Shown in pieces: positions 15,028 through 27,693 of a DNA stretch of 64,000 nucleotides. Source of the DNA: Piromyces finnis finn. Taxonomy: Eukaryota > Fungi > Neocallimastigomycota. The stretch's first letter is position 1. Each line of letters starts with the position of its first letter. The notes below the pieces were generated by a model. It made no database searches, was not told where the DNA came from, and worked only from the letters and a program-made list of their open reading frames with translations. The position numbers and the translations under genes are program-made. The stretch covers positions 558,001-622,000 of the forward strand of contig MCFH01000003.1 in assembly GCA_002104945.1 (NCBI GenBank), read 5' to 3'.

Positions 15028-16432
15028 CTATGAGGATGAAACAATTTTTATTTCCATACGAGTTAAAACTTTAACAACAATTAAATAAACTAATAAAAGT
15101 CCAAATATAATTTTCCATTTATTATCCCTTATTGGTTTAAGGAAGGTTGCGAGAGTGTCATTCATATTATTTAATATAACATTCTTTTCATTATTACTAT
15201 TTTTATCTTTTGTATTGAAATTCTTTTCATTTTTATTATTTACATTGTTCTTTTTACATAATGAGGGTGGATTTAAATTCAATGAGAGAACATTATCAAT
15301 TTCATTATTAATTTCGATAGTTGGTTCAGGTTTAATTTCTGTTACACATAATTCAGGAAATACCTCTGTTTTTTTTTTTTTTTAATATAAATATTTATGA
15401 ATAAAGAAAAAGGGAAAAAAAAGTTAATAAATTTTCACTAGTTTACTCATTAATAATTAATAGAATTAGCATTTCAATTTTTACTTCTAAATATTGGATT
15501 ATTGATATTATAATAGTGTGAATTTCTAGATAATCTTATTTTTTCTTCTGTAGTGGTATTTATACTTCCGGTAGTTGGTTTATCTTCTAACTATTTTTTT
15601 TTTCGAAATTTAAAAAGAGTACAATAATAATTGGATAAATAAAATTAATATCAAATTAATTTAGACGATGGAATAAAGTCAATTACATTGTATAAAAATG
15701 TTTTTTTTTATATTTTTATTATTTTTTTCTAATTACCATAAAACTAAGTAAACCATTTAATATAGTTGATACTGACCAAGCAGGATTCCATAATCCAGCT
15801 TATTATAATAAAAAAGTGAAATATTAAGAAAACATATTAAAAATATATTTATATTAATACTTATATACATATTTTAATACTTACGGTGATAGTCACTCAT
15901 AGTTAAACATAATCTATAATCAATTTGGAAACGTCCTAATTGAAAAATATAGATTTTAATTTTGTATTTTAGAATTTTTCATAATTTATAATTTTTATAA
16001 ATTTTAAAATTTCTTTTTAATTTATATATTCTTTACCATTTGGAGTTAACATTTTAATGGCTGGTGGCTTATATGGATATTCTGATGGAAATATTAATTT
16101 TCCATGGTATTCTCCTCCTTCATATGGTGATTCTGGAGGTCCAGTTAAAACATAATGCCTTTTAAAATAAAAATTTTAATTGAATAACAAAAAATGTTGA
16201 AATTTTCCACTTAGTTCCGATTATCATTATTAATCTTTGTATATGTATTTGTAATTATATAAAATATACTATATATACTATATTTTATTTATATATGGAA
16301 GATAGAGAGAATTGAAATTTACCATTCCAAAATATTTGATTCTAATGGTTTTGCTTTGATAAATGGAACAGGATTTTTTACTATATCAATATATTCTCTT
16401 GTTAAACGTTTAAAAGCTTGATTAGTAGCCAT
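15028..16432 (-). CDS. UBC6: ER-anchored ubiquitin-conjugating enzyme E2 (Ubc6/UBE2J2), multi-exon
   Basis: Minus-strand exons translate to [80 protein letters not shown]. Later exons give ICLTMSD and [11 protein letters not shown]. The C-terminus has a tail-anchor TM ([18 protein letters not shown]) and stops at 15028-15030. Confidence 0.93.
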
Positions 16433-17572
16433 TTTTCTTTTTTTTTTTATTTTTTAATTTGTTTTATAGTGTTTATAAAAAAGAACTTTGTGTTGGTTAA
16501 TTTTTCTTTATTTTTTTTTTTTTTCCTTTCTTTTTCCTTTCTTTTTTTTTTTTTTAATTATTAATTGTTATAAATAATTTTATTTAATATTTCTTTATTT
16601 CCTTGTTGAATTTGTGAAAATACAAATTCTTTTAGAAAATACAAATTTTAAATTATTTTTTAAAAGATAGGGAATAATAATTGACGCTTAATTGTTCTTT
16701 CTTTTTTTTAAATTAAATATAATTTTATTTTTTTATTTTATTTTTCTTTTGTTTGTTTCCTTTTTTCTTTTTTATAATACTATTTTTATTATAAAATAAG
16801 AATATTTTATATGAAAAAGATATCTTTTTTTTTTTTCAAATTGAATTAATGTTGCTTAAAATATAATAAAAAAAAAAAAAAAAAAAACTAATTTTTATTA
16901 TAATTTCTTTTTTTTTTTTTTAAAAAATTTTACTAAAATGAAAAAGAAAAAAAAAATGAAATTTTTTATTTCTTATAATAAATTTTAATAATTAAAGTTA
17001 ACTTTTTATTATTATTAAAAATTTCTCATCATTTTTGGAGTAGTTTTTTTTTTTTTGAAATTCTACGCAATATATTTATCTATTAAATCATAAATATATA
17101 AACAATATATTCTATTATATTATAAATGTAATACAATATATGATAATAAAATTAAATATATATAATCATCATATATTAATATATATTAATTTAAAATCAT
17201 GTCAATTTTTGGAAAGTTTATAAAGAATATTTTTATATTCTACATGTGGCTTGTTTAAATAATGTATTAATTTATTATGAAAATTGCCCCCATATCTTTT
17301 CTATTTATATGTTTTATCACTCATAATTTATTTACATTAATAATAAATAAAAGTTTAATTTTATTATAAAAATAACAATATTTTTTATTGCGCCGCTTAT
17401 TAAAAGTAAAGTAAAATATTTTAATTTAAAATAAATATATTTTTATTATTTATTTATTTATTCCTAAAATTATAGTAGTAATATAATAATTTTAAAAGAA
17501 TTATATATAATAGTAATATAAATGATAAAAGTATCTTTAAAAACTTTCATTTATTGTAAAAGATAATTATTA

Positions 17573-20500
17573 TTAATATGCAGTAGAAGGATAATATGTT
17601 CTACTTCTATCTGCTATTCCTTCATTATAGCTAGGTGAAGGTATTTGACTTTGATGATAATTGTAAGACGTATGCTGACTAACTTGGGTACTTGGTCTGT
17701 AAAAACTATTATTAACTGATGCTCTTGAATGATTGGGATTTATACTAGGATTGATAGAATTGTTCGGATGAAGCATAGAATAGTTGGAAGAAGGTGATGG
17801 ATTTATTCTATTAATAGAATTATTATTTTGTTGTGGGTTAATATTTTGTAGGGATTTGTTGGGTCTATTATAAGAATAATTTGAAGGTGAATCTCTAACA
17901 GCATTATCATTATAAGACAATTGTCGTTGATACGGTGATGAATATGAATTTTCATAGGTTGGTGTTGGAATGTGGGATCGATTTTCATCAAAATAATTTG
18001 ATTTATAAAACCCATAATCACGAGATGTTGCAATATGATATGAATTAGCATCGTCTGATGGAATTCTATTATCACTCTGGTAGGATGATGGATCACGGAA
18101 GTAGCTATGATTTTGTGTTTGACTTTTTCGCCTATAGATAGAATATTCTGTTGTAGTATCTGTGGTAGTCGTTGTTGTTTCACTGATGGTAGTAGTTTCA
18201 GAATTTGTTTCGGTAAAAGAATTCTCTATATTATTTGAAAAATAGGAAGGTGAATTTGATGGATAATATGGCTGTTGTTGTCGTATTGGGGATGATGATG
18301 TTGAATTTCTTCTATAGGAATTATTATCCATTATTGGAGATGAAACAATATTATTTTGATTTTGAGAATTGGAGGAAGGATATGGATAAGATGATGAATT
18401 CATCATTTTATTTTGGTAATTAGAATTTGATTTTTCAATAAAAGTACGAATGGTTTGAGAGGTAATTCCATCGAAATATGGATTATGACTATTATTATTA
18501 CTATTTCTTTTATTATAGTCATTCATGTTATCATTATAACTATATGATCTTCGATGGGTTCTATTCCATTGTAATCCTTTTTCCATTTCATCCCTCGAGA
18601 CAATATTTCCATTGATAGAATAATTTCTCCTATGACCATTATAACTTCTATTATTATTGTTGCCATTATTAAAATTATTATTTTGTATTTCAGTATAATT
18701 TGCATTATATGAAGGATGGACATTGGAATAATTATTACTGTTATTGTTATTATTAATAAAATTGTGATTATAATTACCAATATTATTACTAATATTATTA
18801 TTATTGCTATTATTAATAAAATTGCTATTGTTATTAACATTATTATCAGCATTATTATTAATATTATTATTATAATTGTTAATGGTATTATTATTTCTAT
18901 TTTCATTTATAAATGAAGGTTGATGATTTTGATAAATTTGGGAATCCTGATTCATAGGTGGTGGAATATTTTGTTGTTGCTGCTGCTGTTGCTGTTGTTG
19001 TTGCTGATTATATGGAAAAGTGAATGAATTATTATTCATCATACTCTTTCTACGATAAGAAAGAGGTAAAGATGCAATATTTGGATTTGGAATGTAAAAA
19101 CTGCTAGTATAGCATGAATCAGAAATATCAGATTCAGAATAAAAATCTTGTGTTGCACTTTCAACTGAATAATCATCTTTTCTATTTGACCTTTCTGTTT
19201 CTGTTTCTGTAATAGATGTCATCGATGTTGGATCCATTGCTTCCTCTAAAATATGTTCAGGAATTCCACTACAGTCATCATTTATTTTTATACTACTCAT
19301 ACGCTTCAATCTATTTGTATTATTCATACTCATATTATTCATGTTATTCATGTTATTCATATCATTCATACTCATGTTATTCATGTTATTCATATCATTT
19401 ATACTCATATTATTCATGTTATTCATGTTATTCATATCATTCATATTCATATTACTCATATTATTCATGTTATTCATATCATTCATATTCATATTACTCA
19501 TATTATTCATGTTATTCATGTTATTCATATCATTCATATTCATATTACTCATATTATTCATGTTATTCATATCATTCATACTCATATTATTCATATTATT
19601 CATATTATTCATATTCATATTACTCATATTATTCATGTTATTCATATCATTCATACTCATATTATTCATGTTATTCATATCATTCATATTCATATTACTC
19701 ATATTATTCATGTTATTCATATCATTCATACTCATATTATTCATATTATTCATATCATTCACACTCATATTATTCATATTATTCACATTTTGAGGATCCA
19801 TATCATTCATACCATCCATTCCATTCATATTTATATTATTCATACTTAAATCATTAATACGAGATTCATTTATACCAGTTATGTTTCCATCAATAATTTC
19901 AACAGTATTATCATATTCAGGATAAATAGTTGGATCTAAATCTTGAACACTATAACGATTATTTTCATTAACATTTTTTACAGGAATTTCAAGATTATGA
20001 TAATTCTTTTTATTATTTTTCCCTAATGAGCTGCCTGAATACCTCATTGACGCATTATAAGAAAGATATTTAAATGGTGAATGTTTATTATATAATTTTG
20101 AATTAAAAAACTTATTTCTGGGTTGATAAAACGTTGCTGGTCGTAATACTGGTTCCATTTGTTCCTTTCTAAAATGGAAAAGAACTAAGCCAATAATAAT
20201 AGCAATAATAACACCAATAAAACAAAGTATAGGCAACACCCATCCTTTTCTTTTACAATTACTTGTTTGAACTCCTATTTTATAATCTTTATCATCACTT
20301 GAATTATTTAACACACATTTTGATAACCATGAACTAGTTTTATTTATTTATTATTTATTTTATTTTATTGAGAGGAGGTAAATAAAAAAAAAGATTTAAT
20401 ATAATAATATTAATTATGAACAAGTATATTATTATTATCATTGAATTACCATGAAGAGTAATTTGGGTCTGATGGATTATGACATACACTTGTTAACACT

Positions 20501-20694
20501 AAAGATTCCTATTTTATAAATATTTGAAAGATTATAATTATATTCAGTATTTTTTTTTATTGATGAAATATATAATTTTAGTTATTGTATCCCTTTTTTT
20601 TCTATGATTTTGATGGTAGTTGGATACAAACCTCTAATAAAAGAGATAGTAGTATTATAATGTATTTGATTTTATTTTTTAATATTTTTTTCAT
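17573..20694 (-). CDS. Predicted type I single-pass membrane protein (about 960 aa): signal peptide, tiny Cys-containing ectodomain, TM, and a long Met/Asn/Gln/Ser-rich disordered tail
   Basis: Proposed exons 20632-20694, 20450-20508 and 17573-20333 are in frame (2883 nt). They give MKKILKNKIKYIIILLSLLLE-ESLVLTSVCHNPSDPNYSSCSWLSKCVLNN..NCKRKGWVLPILCFIGVIIAIIIGLVLFHFRK, then the 913-aa ORF. I recognise no catalytic domain. The two upstream exons are inferred. Confidence 0.7.
19325..19800 (-). repeat. Coding Met/Asn tandem repeat, (MNDMNNMNNMS/N)n, with units of roughly 11-13 aa
   Basis: The plus strand shows iterated attcatgttattcatatcattcat / actcatattattcat, which translate on the minus strand as a M/N/D/S-only tract. 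Confidence 0.92.
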
Positions 20695-21823
20695 TTTTGT
20701 ATTTTATGTATGTATATATATATATATCTATTTTTAGGGAAAAAATATCAAATTTCTCATAGAATAAAAGTTAATTTATTTTTAATGTACTTTTATTCTT
20801 ATTCTATGTAAAAAATAAAGTTTTCTAAAAGTATGAATACGTCTCTTTTAAATATTTTATTAAAGTGTAATATTATGAATGGTAACTTTTAGATGAATTA
20901 TTATCAAATACGATTTCAATTAGATATACTTTTTTTGAGGTATTATTTTATTCTTATACTTGTTAATGTAATGGTTATTAATTAATATAAATTATAGAGT
21001 TACTGAAATAATACCTGTTAATTAATTTTTTCTTTTTCCACCATATACTTATTATCTTTTAATGTAACAAATAGTTAAAAGTTGATATACTGTTAATTGA
21101 AAAGATAATTTTTTTTTCTTAATTAATTAATGTTAATAACTCATTCAACTATAATAAAATAAAATAAATATTTAAAAGAGAAATAATAATTTAATTAGTA
21201 TAATAAGAGGAAATGAAAAAAAAAAAAAAAAAGTATCCATATTAACTTTTTTTTTATTTCTATAATTTAATTATTAATTTTTTTTTTTTTTAATAAATGA
21301 TAAAGTTTTAAAATTTTAAAATACGAATTATGTATATTAAATTCTATTGAAATATATCATTAAAATATAATTAATTAAATGGATTTTAATTAAATTCTTA
21401 ATTAAAAAAAAAAAAAAAAAGTCAAAACTTTTTAAAACTTTTTTATAAAGTTGAGAAATGATTAACTATATTTTTTGTTAAGGCTTTTTTTTTTTTTTTT
21501 TATGTATGTAATATCTTTATTATAAATGTAAATAATAGCATGGTAAATACAATGTATTCGTTTTTCCCTTGACTTTACACATTTTATTAGTTTTATATTA
21601 AAAAAAAAAAAGTTTAATTTTTTTTTTTTTTTTGATAGATGTATCACTTTTTTTTATAAAAGAAAATTTATAATAATTTTGATTCCATAGTAATTTTTTA
21701 ATTATTTATTTATTAAATAATAAATTAAAGTATCGCCTTTTGTTAATTTATTTATTGATAATAATAATAATAAAAAGGTTAAATTTATTAATATCATTAT
21801 TGATAATAGTGTTACTATAATAT

Positions 21824-23749
21824 TTATTGAATTTGGTTAAATGAATTTAATCCTTCAATATAATAATCTGGTATAATTTTATCTTGATTCAATAAAGCTT
21901 CTTCTGAAGTTACACCTATTTAAGATACATAAAAATAAATATTTAAGTAAAAATATAATTCATTATTAATGAATAAGGAAAATTTATAAATGAAAAATGG
22001 CAGCTATTTTCCTTTCTTTTTTTTTTTTAAAGTTCTTATTAAAATTCTTTACCTGTAAGTACTAATAAAGTTGTTATATTATTATTTTTTCCAAATACCA
22101 TATCTGTATCTAATCTTTTTAATATTTAAAGTTTTCGTTTAATTATAATTATAAAATTGGTTTTAATTTTTTTTTTTTTTAATTCTATGTATATGTATTC
22201 ATGTATTATACAAAAATTTTCTTTAAATTAAATAATATATTTGGACTACATTTTTTTATTTAATAATATTTACCTATCACCAACCATGCATGCTCTTTTT
22301 AAATCTAAATTAAATCTTTTAATAAAGTTAGTATACTAATACTATAGATATAGATGGCAAATAATATTACTACTACTACTACTACTACTACTACTAATAC
22401 TAATACTAATACTAATACTACTACTACTACTAATACTACTACTACTACTAATACTAATACTAATACTAATACTAATACTAATACTAATACTAATACTAAT
22501 ACTAATACTAATACTAATGCTAATAATATATAATATATAATATAATATATATATATATACATATTTAATAATTTTTAACTACTAACTTTTGACTAATACA
22601 ATTAATCATATTGGCAGTTGGTTTCCCGAGAAATACAGGTTCTTTATTTTTTACTGCAGCAATTAATGGTGCTACAACAGATCCTGCTTCTATTTAATTT
22701 AAATATATAAAATAGTTATGATAATATTATTAACATTAATATTGTATAAATTAATTCAATTTTGTAAGAATGGATGCTTTTTTTAAGAAAAGAAAAATTA
22801 TAATATATATTAACAGATTAAAAAAAATGATTAAAAATGATAAAATAATAATAAAACTATATATATACCTGGAAGTACAAAATTTTGAACTGGATAGGTA
22901 ATATCACTATTGGTAACTAAAAAGTGACAATCTGGGTTACTAGTAATATAGGTATAGGCCTTTGAATATTTTTTATAATTGACTTTCATATCAAAACCAA
23001 CTACAACAGCACCAACGGAATCATCAGGTTTTACCTCATTAAATATATCTTCTTCACTAGCAAAAGGTTCTGTTATATTATCCTTTATTTTATTAATGAT
23101 AAAATAAAAGAAATTTTTTTTATTCTTTAACTATATATCTTTCTATTTATTATTTATTATTGTTATATTATATATATATGTTTTTATAGTTTTTATAAAA
23201 GAAAAATTACTTCATAGCCAAATGCATTAACACCAACGTCTTCAATTTCTTTAATTAAACCTTGAGTTCCCAATACATAAACTCTTTTATCCTTTGGAAA
23301 ATCTAAAACATTTCTTAAATAATATGCTGTCGAGTATGCAGAACTAAATATATCATTCTATTTTGAGATTTGTACCCATAAAGAATTAAATTTCAAAATG
23401 ATTTTTAAAATTAGGATTCCATTTAAAATTGCAAAATAATTTAATAATATATTTTATTTTAATTATTTATTTAATTTTAAAAGTATTAAACTATACATAT
23501 AAATTAAAAGTTTCTTTTTTTTTTTCGAATAAACATTTATTCTTTCATTATCAAAAAAAAATAAAATATATATATATATTATAAAAAAGAATGTATTACA
23601 ATATCAATCGGTAAATCAAAAGAGGAAAACTTTTTAAAGTATTCTTCACGAGTCTTGGTACTATTGTTTGTTACAAATATTGTTCTCTTGTTCTATTTAA
23701 TTATTTATAAAATAAAGAGTATGCAATTTTTTTTGATTAATTTAAGTGG

Positions 23750-23782
<33 letters not shown>

Positions 23783-23945
23783 AATTTACATTTTTTTTCA
23801 TAAGAGTTAAAGCTTCTTTAACACCTTTAATTAAATTATTGGCTCTCCAGATTACACCATCACAATCAAATATAAAAGTATCAATTGAATCGAAAACTCT
23901 TTTTATATCATTAATATTTTCTAATTTAAATGATTTATTTGACAT
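21824..23945 (-). CDS. PHO13: HAD-IIA family phosphatase (4-nitrophenylphosphatase / phosphoglycolate phosphatase, Pho13-like), multi-exon
   Basis: The N-terminal exon has FDSIDTFIFDCDGVIWR (DxD motif I). Later exons give IFVTNNSTKSREEY, FSSAYSTAYYL, YVLGTQGLIKE, VGAVVVGFDM, FLVTNSD, PGTGSVVAPL, VGKP, MVGDRLDTDMVFG and TLLVLTGVTSEE. Confidence 0.88.
22366..22520. repeat. Compound microsatellite (ACT)n/(ACTAAT)n within a PHO13 intron
   Basis: Directly visible tactactact...actaatactaat arrays. Confidence 0.95.
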
Positions 23946-24792
23946 ATTTAAAAATTATTTTATAATTTCAACAAAAAAAAAATTTTTTTTAATATTATAT
24001 GATATAATAAATTATTTTAAAAAATAAAAATAAATAATATATTATTTCAACTTTTATTCTATTTTTAAAAACTCAATATGCCAAAAATAATCAATTTAAA
24101 AGAAAAGTAAATAAAAAAAGAAAAAATAGTATGGTATTCTGTATTTAAAAAATATAATATTTTTAATGCTATTTTTATTTATTATTTAGAGTTTTGTATT
24201 TATTTTTTGTTATATTATAATAAACCATAATTATATAATGGTTTTCGAACAGTTATATAAATAAAATATATATTGCTTTTATTTAAATCTAAACGCCATT
24301 GAATTGTTATTTATATATATATAAAAAACGAATGATAATAACGACAATATACTAAAGGATAGTCTATATTAATTAATGAAAATAAATGAGATTTAAATGA
24401 TAGTTTGATTTATTTACTGTTTTAATTCCATTTAATTTGTTATAGTAATAGGTATATCCATATTAAATATTATAATAAGAAGTTCCCATTGACTAAAAAT
24501 CTATGAAATTATCTTTGTTTTGTTTTCGATTTATATTCATTGAAACAAATCATGATTATTTAAATAGTAAATTATTATATTGCATTTCTAATATTATTAT
24601 TTTTTTTTTTTTTAAATTTTAATTTTAATGCTTACCCATGATAGTAGTAGAAGGGTATTTTAATATTATAATAATATTAGATTATTTAAAAAATTTCATC
24701 AAATATTCTATTAAACACTTTTTTTTTTTAAAAATTATTATTAACAATTTCGAAAAGTATTTCTCTCTTTATATATACTTTTTGAAATCATT

Positions 24793-25639
24793 TTAATTAT
24801 AATAATGGGCTCTTTTCATACAACATTTTCTACACTCTATGCAAACACATATAAATAAATGGGATGTTAAAAAAACCCCCAAAAATAATATAATCAGTAT
24901 GAAATGTGAATCTATTAAAGTTTCACATTTATCAATACAAAAATCAGTTATACATTCTTTATTTTTCTCACATTTCTCATTTATTGCTTTCCCATGATAA
25001 TATTTCTGTTCCCCTTTTTCAACAGTTAATGAGAAAATAAAAATGGGATCCTTATCATTTGGAACACATTGACTTTCTTTACAATTTTTTGAAAAGCATT
25101 CATTATCTATTTTACATGTTTCATTTTTAAAAGTTTCCTCTTCCTTTGAAAACATATATAAATACTTTGGATAATTCTCTGTACTATTTGTGTTTTTATA
25201 TAAACTACTTGATTTATAAAAAGTACTATTATATTTCTGATTTAATGCTACACAACCATTCTGATTGTTACATTGAATAGTAAATTCACAAATCCCATTT
25301 GAATTATCACTTTTTTTATTACACCCATGAGTAAATACCGGGCATTCTATATCATTATTACATGTTTTGGGTCTATACAATTAATATAAATAGTTTTAAT
25401 AAATGGAAATATATTATTAAATGAAAATAATTAGTATGTTTATAAAATTTACCATTGCTTTTTTTTTTTTTAAAAAAAAAAAATAAGAGAGATTAATTAT
25501 ATAAAATTTACATTTGAATATTTTCTAAATCTTTTAAATCATCTATTTTAAAAGGAACTCTTGTAAATAATCTTTCAGCAAAGCATATTGATAAAATATT
25601 AAATAATACTATGACTATGAACAAATTATTATTTAACAT
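24793..25639 (-). CDS. Small Cys-rich type I membrane protein (about 235 aa) with three C-x5-C-x4-C-like modules
   Basis: Exon 1 (25512-25639, MLNNNLFIVIVLFNILSICFAERLF.., signal peptide) joins in phase 2 to exon 2 (24793-25372), total 708 nt. Modules are CNNDIECP, CKIDNECFSKNC and CEKNKECITDFC. The TM is FILIILFLGVFLTSHLFICVCI, followed by a Cys-rich tail ECRKCC. Confidence 0.75.
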
Positions 25640-25758
25640 ATTTACTTTTTATTTATTTATTTTATTCTTTTTTATTTTTTTTAAGATTATCATCAAATCA
25701 AAAACTTTAAATTTTTATATTAAAATATTAATTCCACATTTCTTTGGAATACAAAATT

Positions 25759-25789
<31 letters not shown>

Positions 25790-27693
25790 CTTACTGAATT
25801 ATTTATTTATTAAATAATCATTCACTCATTTATACTATTGATTTATTTAGTTAGTTATATATTCATACATTTAATTAAATATTTATTCATTCATTTATTT
25901 AACAAATCTAACCTATAAATAAAGTTTAATTTAAAATTATCATATGTTTTTTTTTTCCTTATAAAGTTTAAAGTAGCCACAATTTCATAGAAATAAATAA
26001 ATAAATAAATAAATAATCCATTAAATAAATTACTAATAAAATCAATCATTATATTTATTTAAATAAATGAAAGAATTAGTCTTCAAAGCTAAACTTTCAA
26101 AACTAAACTGAAATACACTTAAAAAAACCAAAAGCCATAAAATTAAAGTGATTATATTACATCATAAAAGAGTTTATTATTTATAATATCGTTATTATTA
26201 TTATAATCGTTACTAACAATGACTTTTTTTTTATAAAAAAGTATGTGGATAATTTTCAATATTCTAGATTCATTCACATCTTTTTAAATTTGAATTCTTT
26301 TATAATAAAACAGAAACATAAATAAAAATGAAAGAAGATTACTTTTATTTTCGTAGTTTTATAAAAGTGGTCAAAAAAAAAAAAAGGAATTATTTTAACT
26401 TTTCATTAGGAAAGAATACTAAAGAAACCATCAAGAATATTCATTCTTTAGTATTATTAATAATAATAGATATATCATTGTAATAGATAATTATAAATTA
26501 ATTATTACTAGTTATACCATTACCTTTACTGTTGTTACTATTGTTTTTACAGTTGCTTTTTACAGCTGTAGCTATAGCTATTATTTTTCATTCCTTCCTG
26601 CCTACTATTCATTCATAAAAGCTAATCCATCCTCCCTCCCTCATCAGGAGTAGCTTTTTTTTATTTCCTAAAAAATAAATTAAAAAATAATTAAATAATA
26701 TATTATACAATATATTTTCAATATATTAAAAGATAAATTTTTAAAGTGTTTTAAATGTACTAAATGAATTGTGTAACCTTTAATATATTGAAATATTATT
26801 TAATAATACGTTCATATTTAATATGTTTAATATATTATAATAAATATAAAAAATATATTAATTCAATAATAATTATAAAAACTTTAAAAATTATTAAATT
26901 CTATAAATTAATCATTGAAAAAAGTCTCAGAAATGTTTTTTTTTTTTTTTTACTGAAAAAGAAAAATTATAGTAAAAAAAGGCAACTTTTGTTTATTTTA
27001 GTTTTTTATTAAAAAAAAAAAAAAACAAAAGAAAACTATAACTTGAAGTATATAACAATAAAAATTGTATATATTTATATTTATATACCTCTTTTTTTTT
27101 ATATTTATTATTAGTAGAAAAGGATAAAAGTAAAAAAAAAATAATAAATTAAAAAGAATATTTATTATTTAAAGAAAAAAAAAAGATTAATATCACCCTT
27201 TTCTTTATAAATTGTCAAAAAAAATAATATTAAACTATTGAAAATATAATCGCAATATCCAAAAACTTTTATAATAAAATAGAAACAATTTTAATACAAG
27301 TTTTCATATTCATTGTAATTTTTAAAGTTTTTTTTTTTTTATAATTTTCACAATAATACTCAAAAGTCTAATATTTATTAAATACGAACATCTCATATTA
27401 TTATTTATTCTCTTGATTGTTAATAATATATAAAATCACATTTTCAAAAATAATATTTTATTACGCAATATTCTATTTATCAAAGTATTTCTAATAAAAT
27501 TATATACAGTCGTTAAAGTCAACATTTTAATTTATATTATAATAATAGAAAGTAATAATAATTATAATATATATATATATAAAAACATCAATTAAAATAC
27601 AAATAAATTTCAATTTCAATTTTAATAAAATATTTATCCATATATATTAAGAAAAAACAAACAAACAAATTTGTATAATAATTTATATTAAAA

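Noticed and set aside
19216-19857. Plus-strand ORFs of 213, 198 and 150 aa (YSYHS-, IIHVIH- and LFMLF-rich)
   Set aside because: These are stop-free shadow frames of the antisense Met/Asn coding repeat.
22305-22562. LVLV-repeat ORF; the (ACTAAT)n array superficially resembles a telomeric repeat
   Set aside because: It is an intronic microsatellite, its reverse (ATTAGT)n lacks the G-run of telomere repeats, and the ORF is a by-product.
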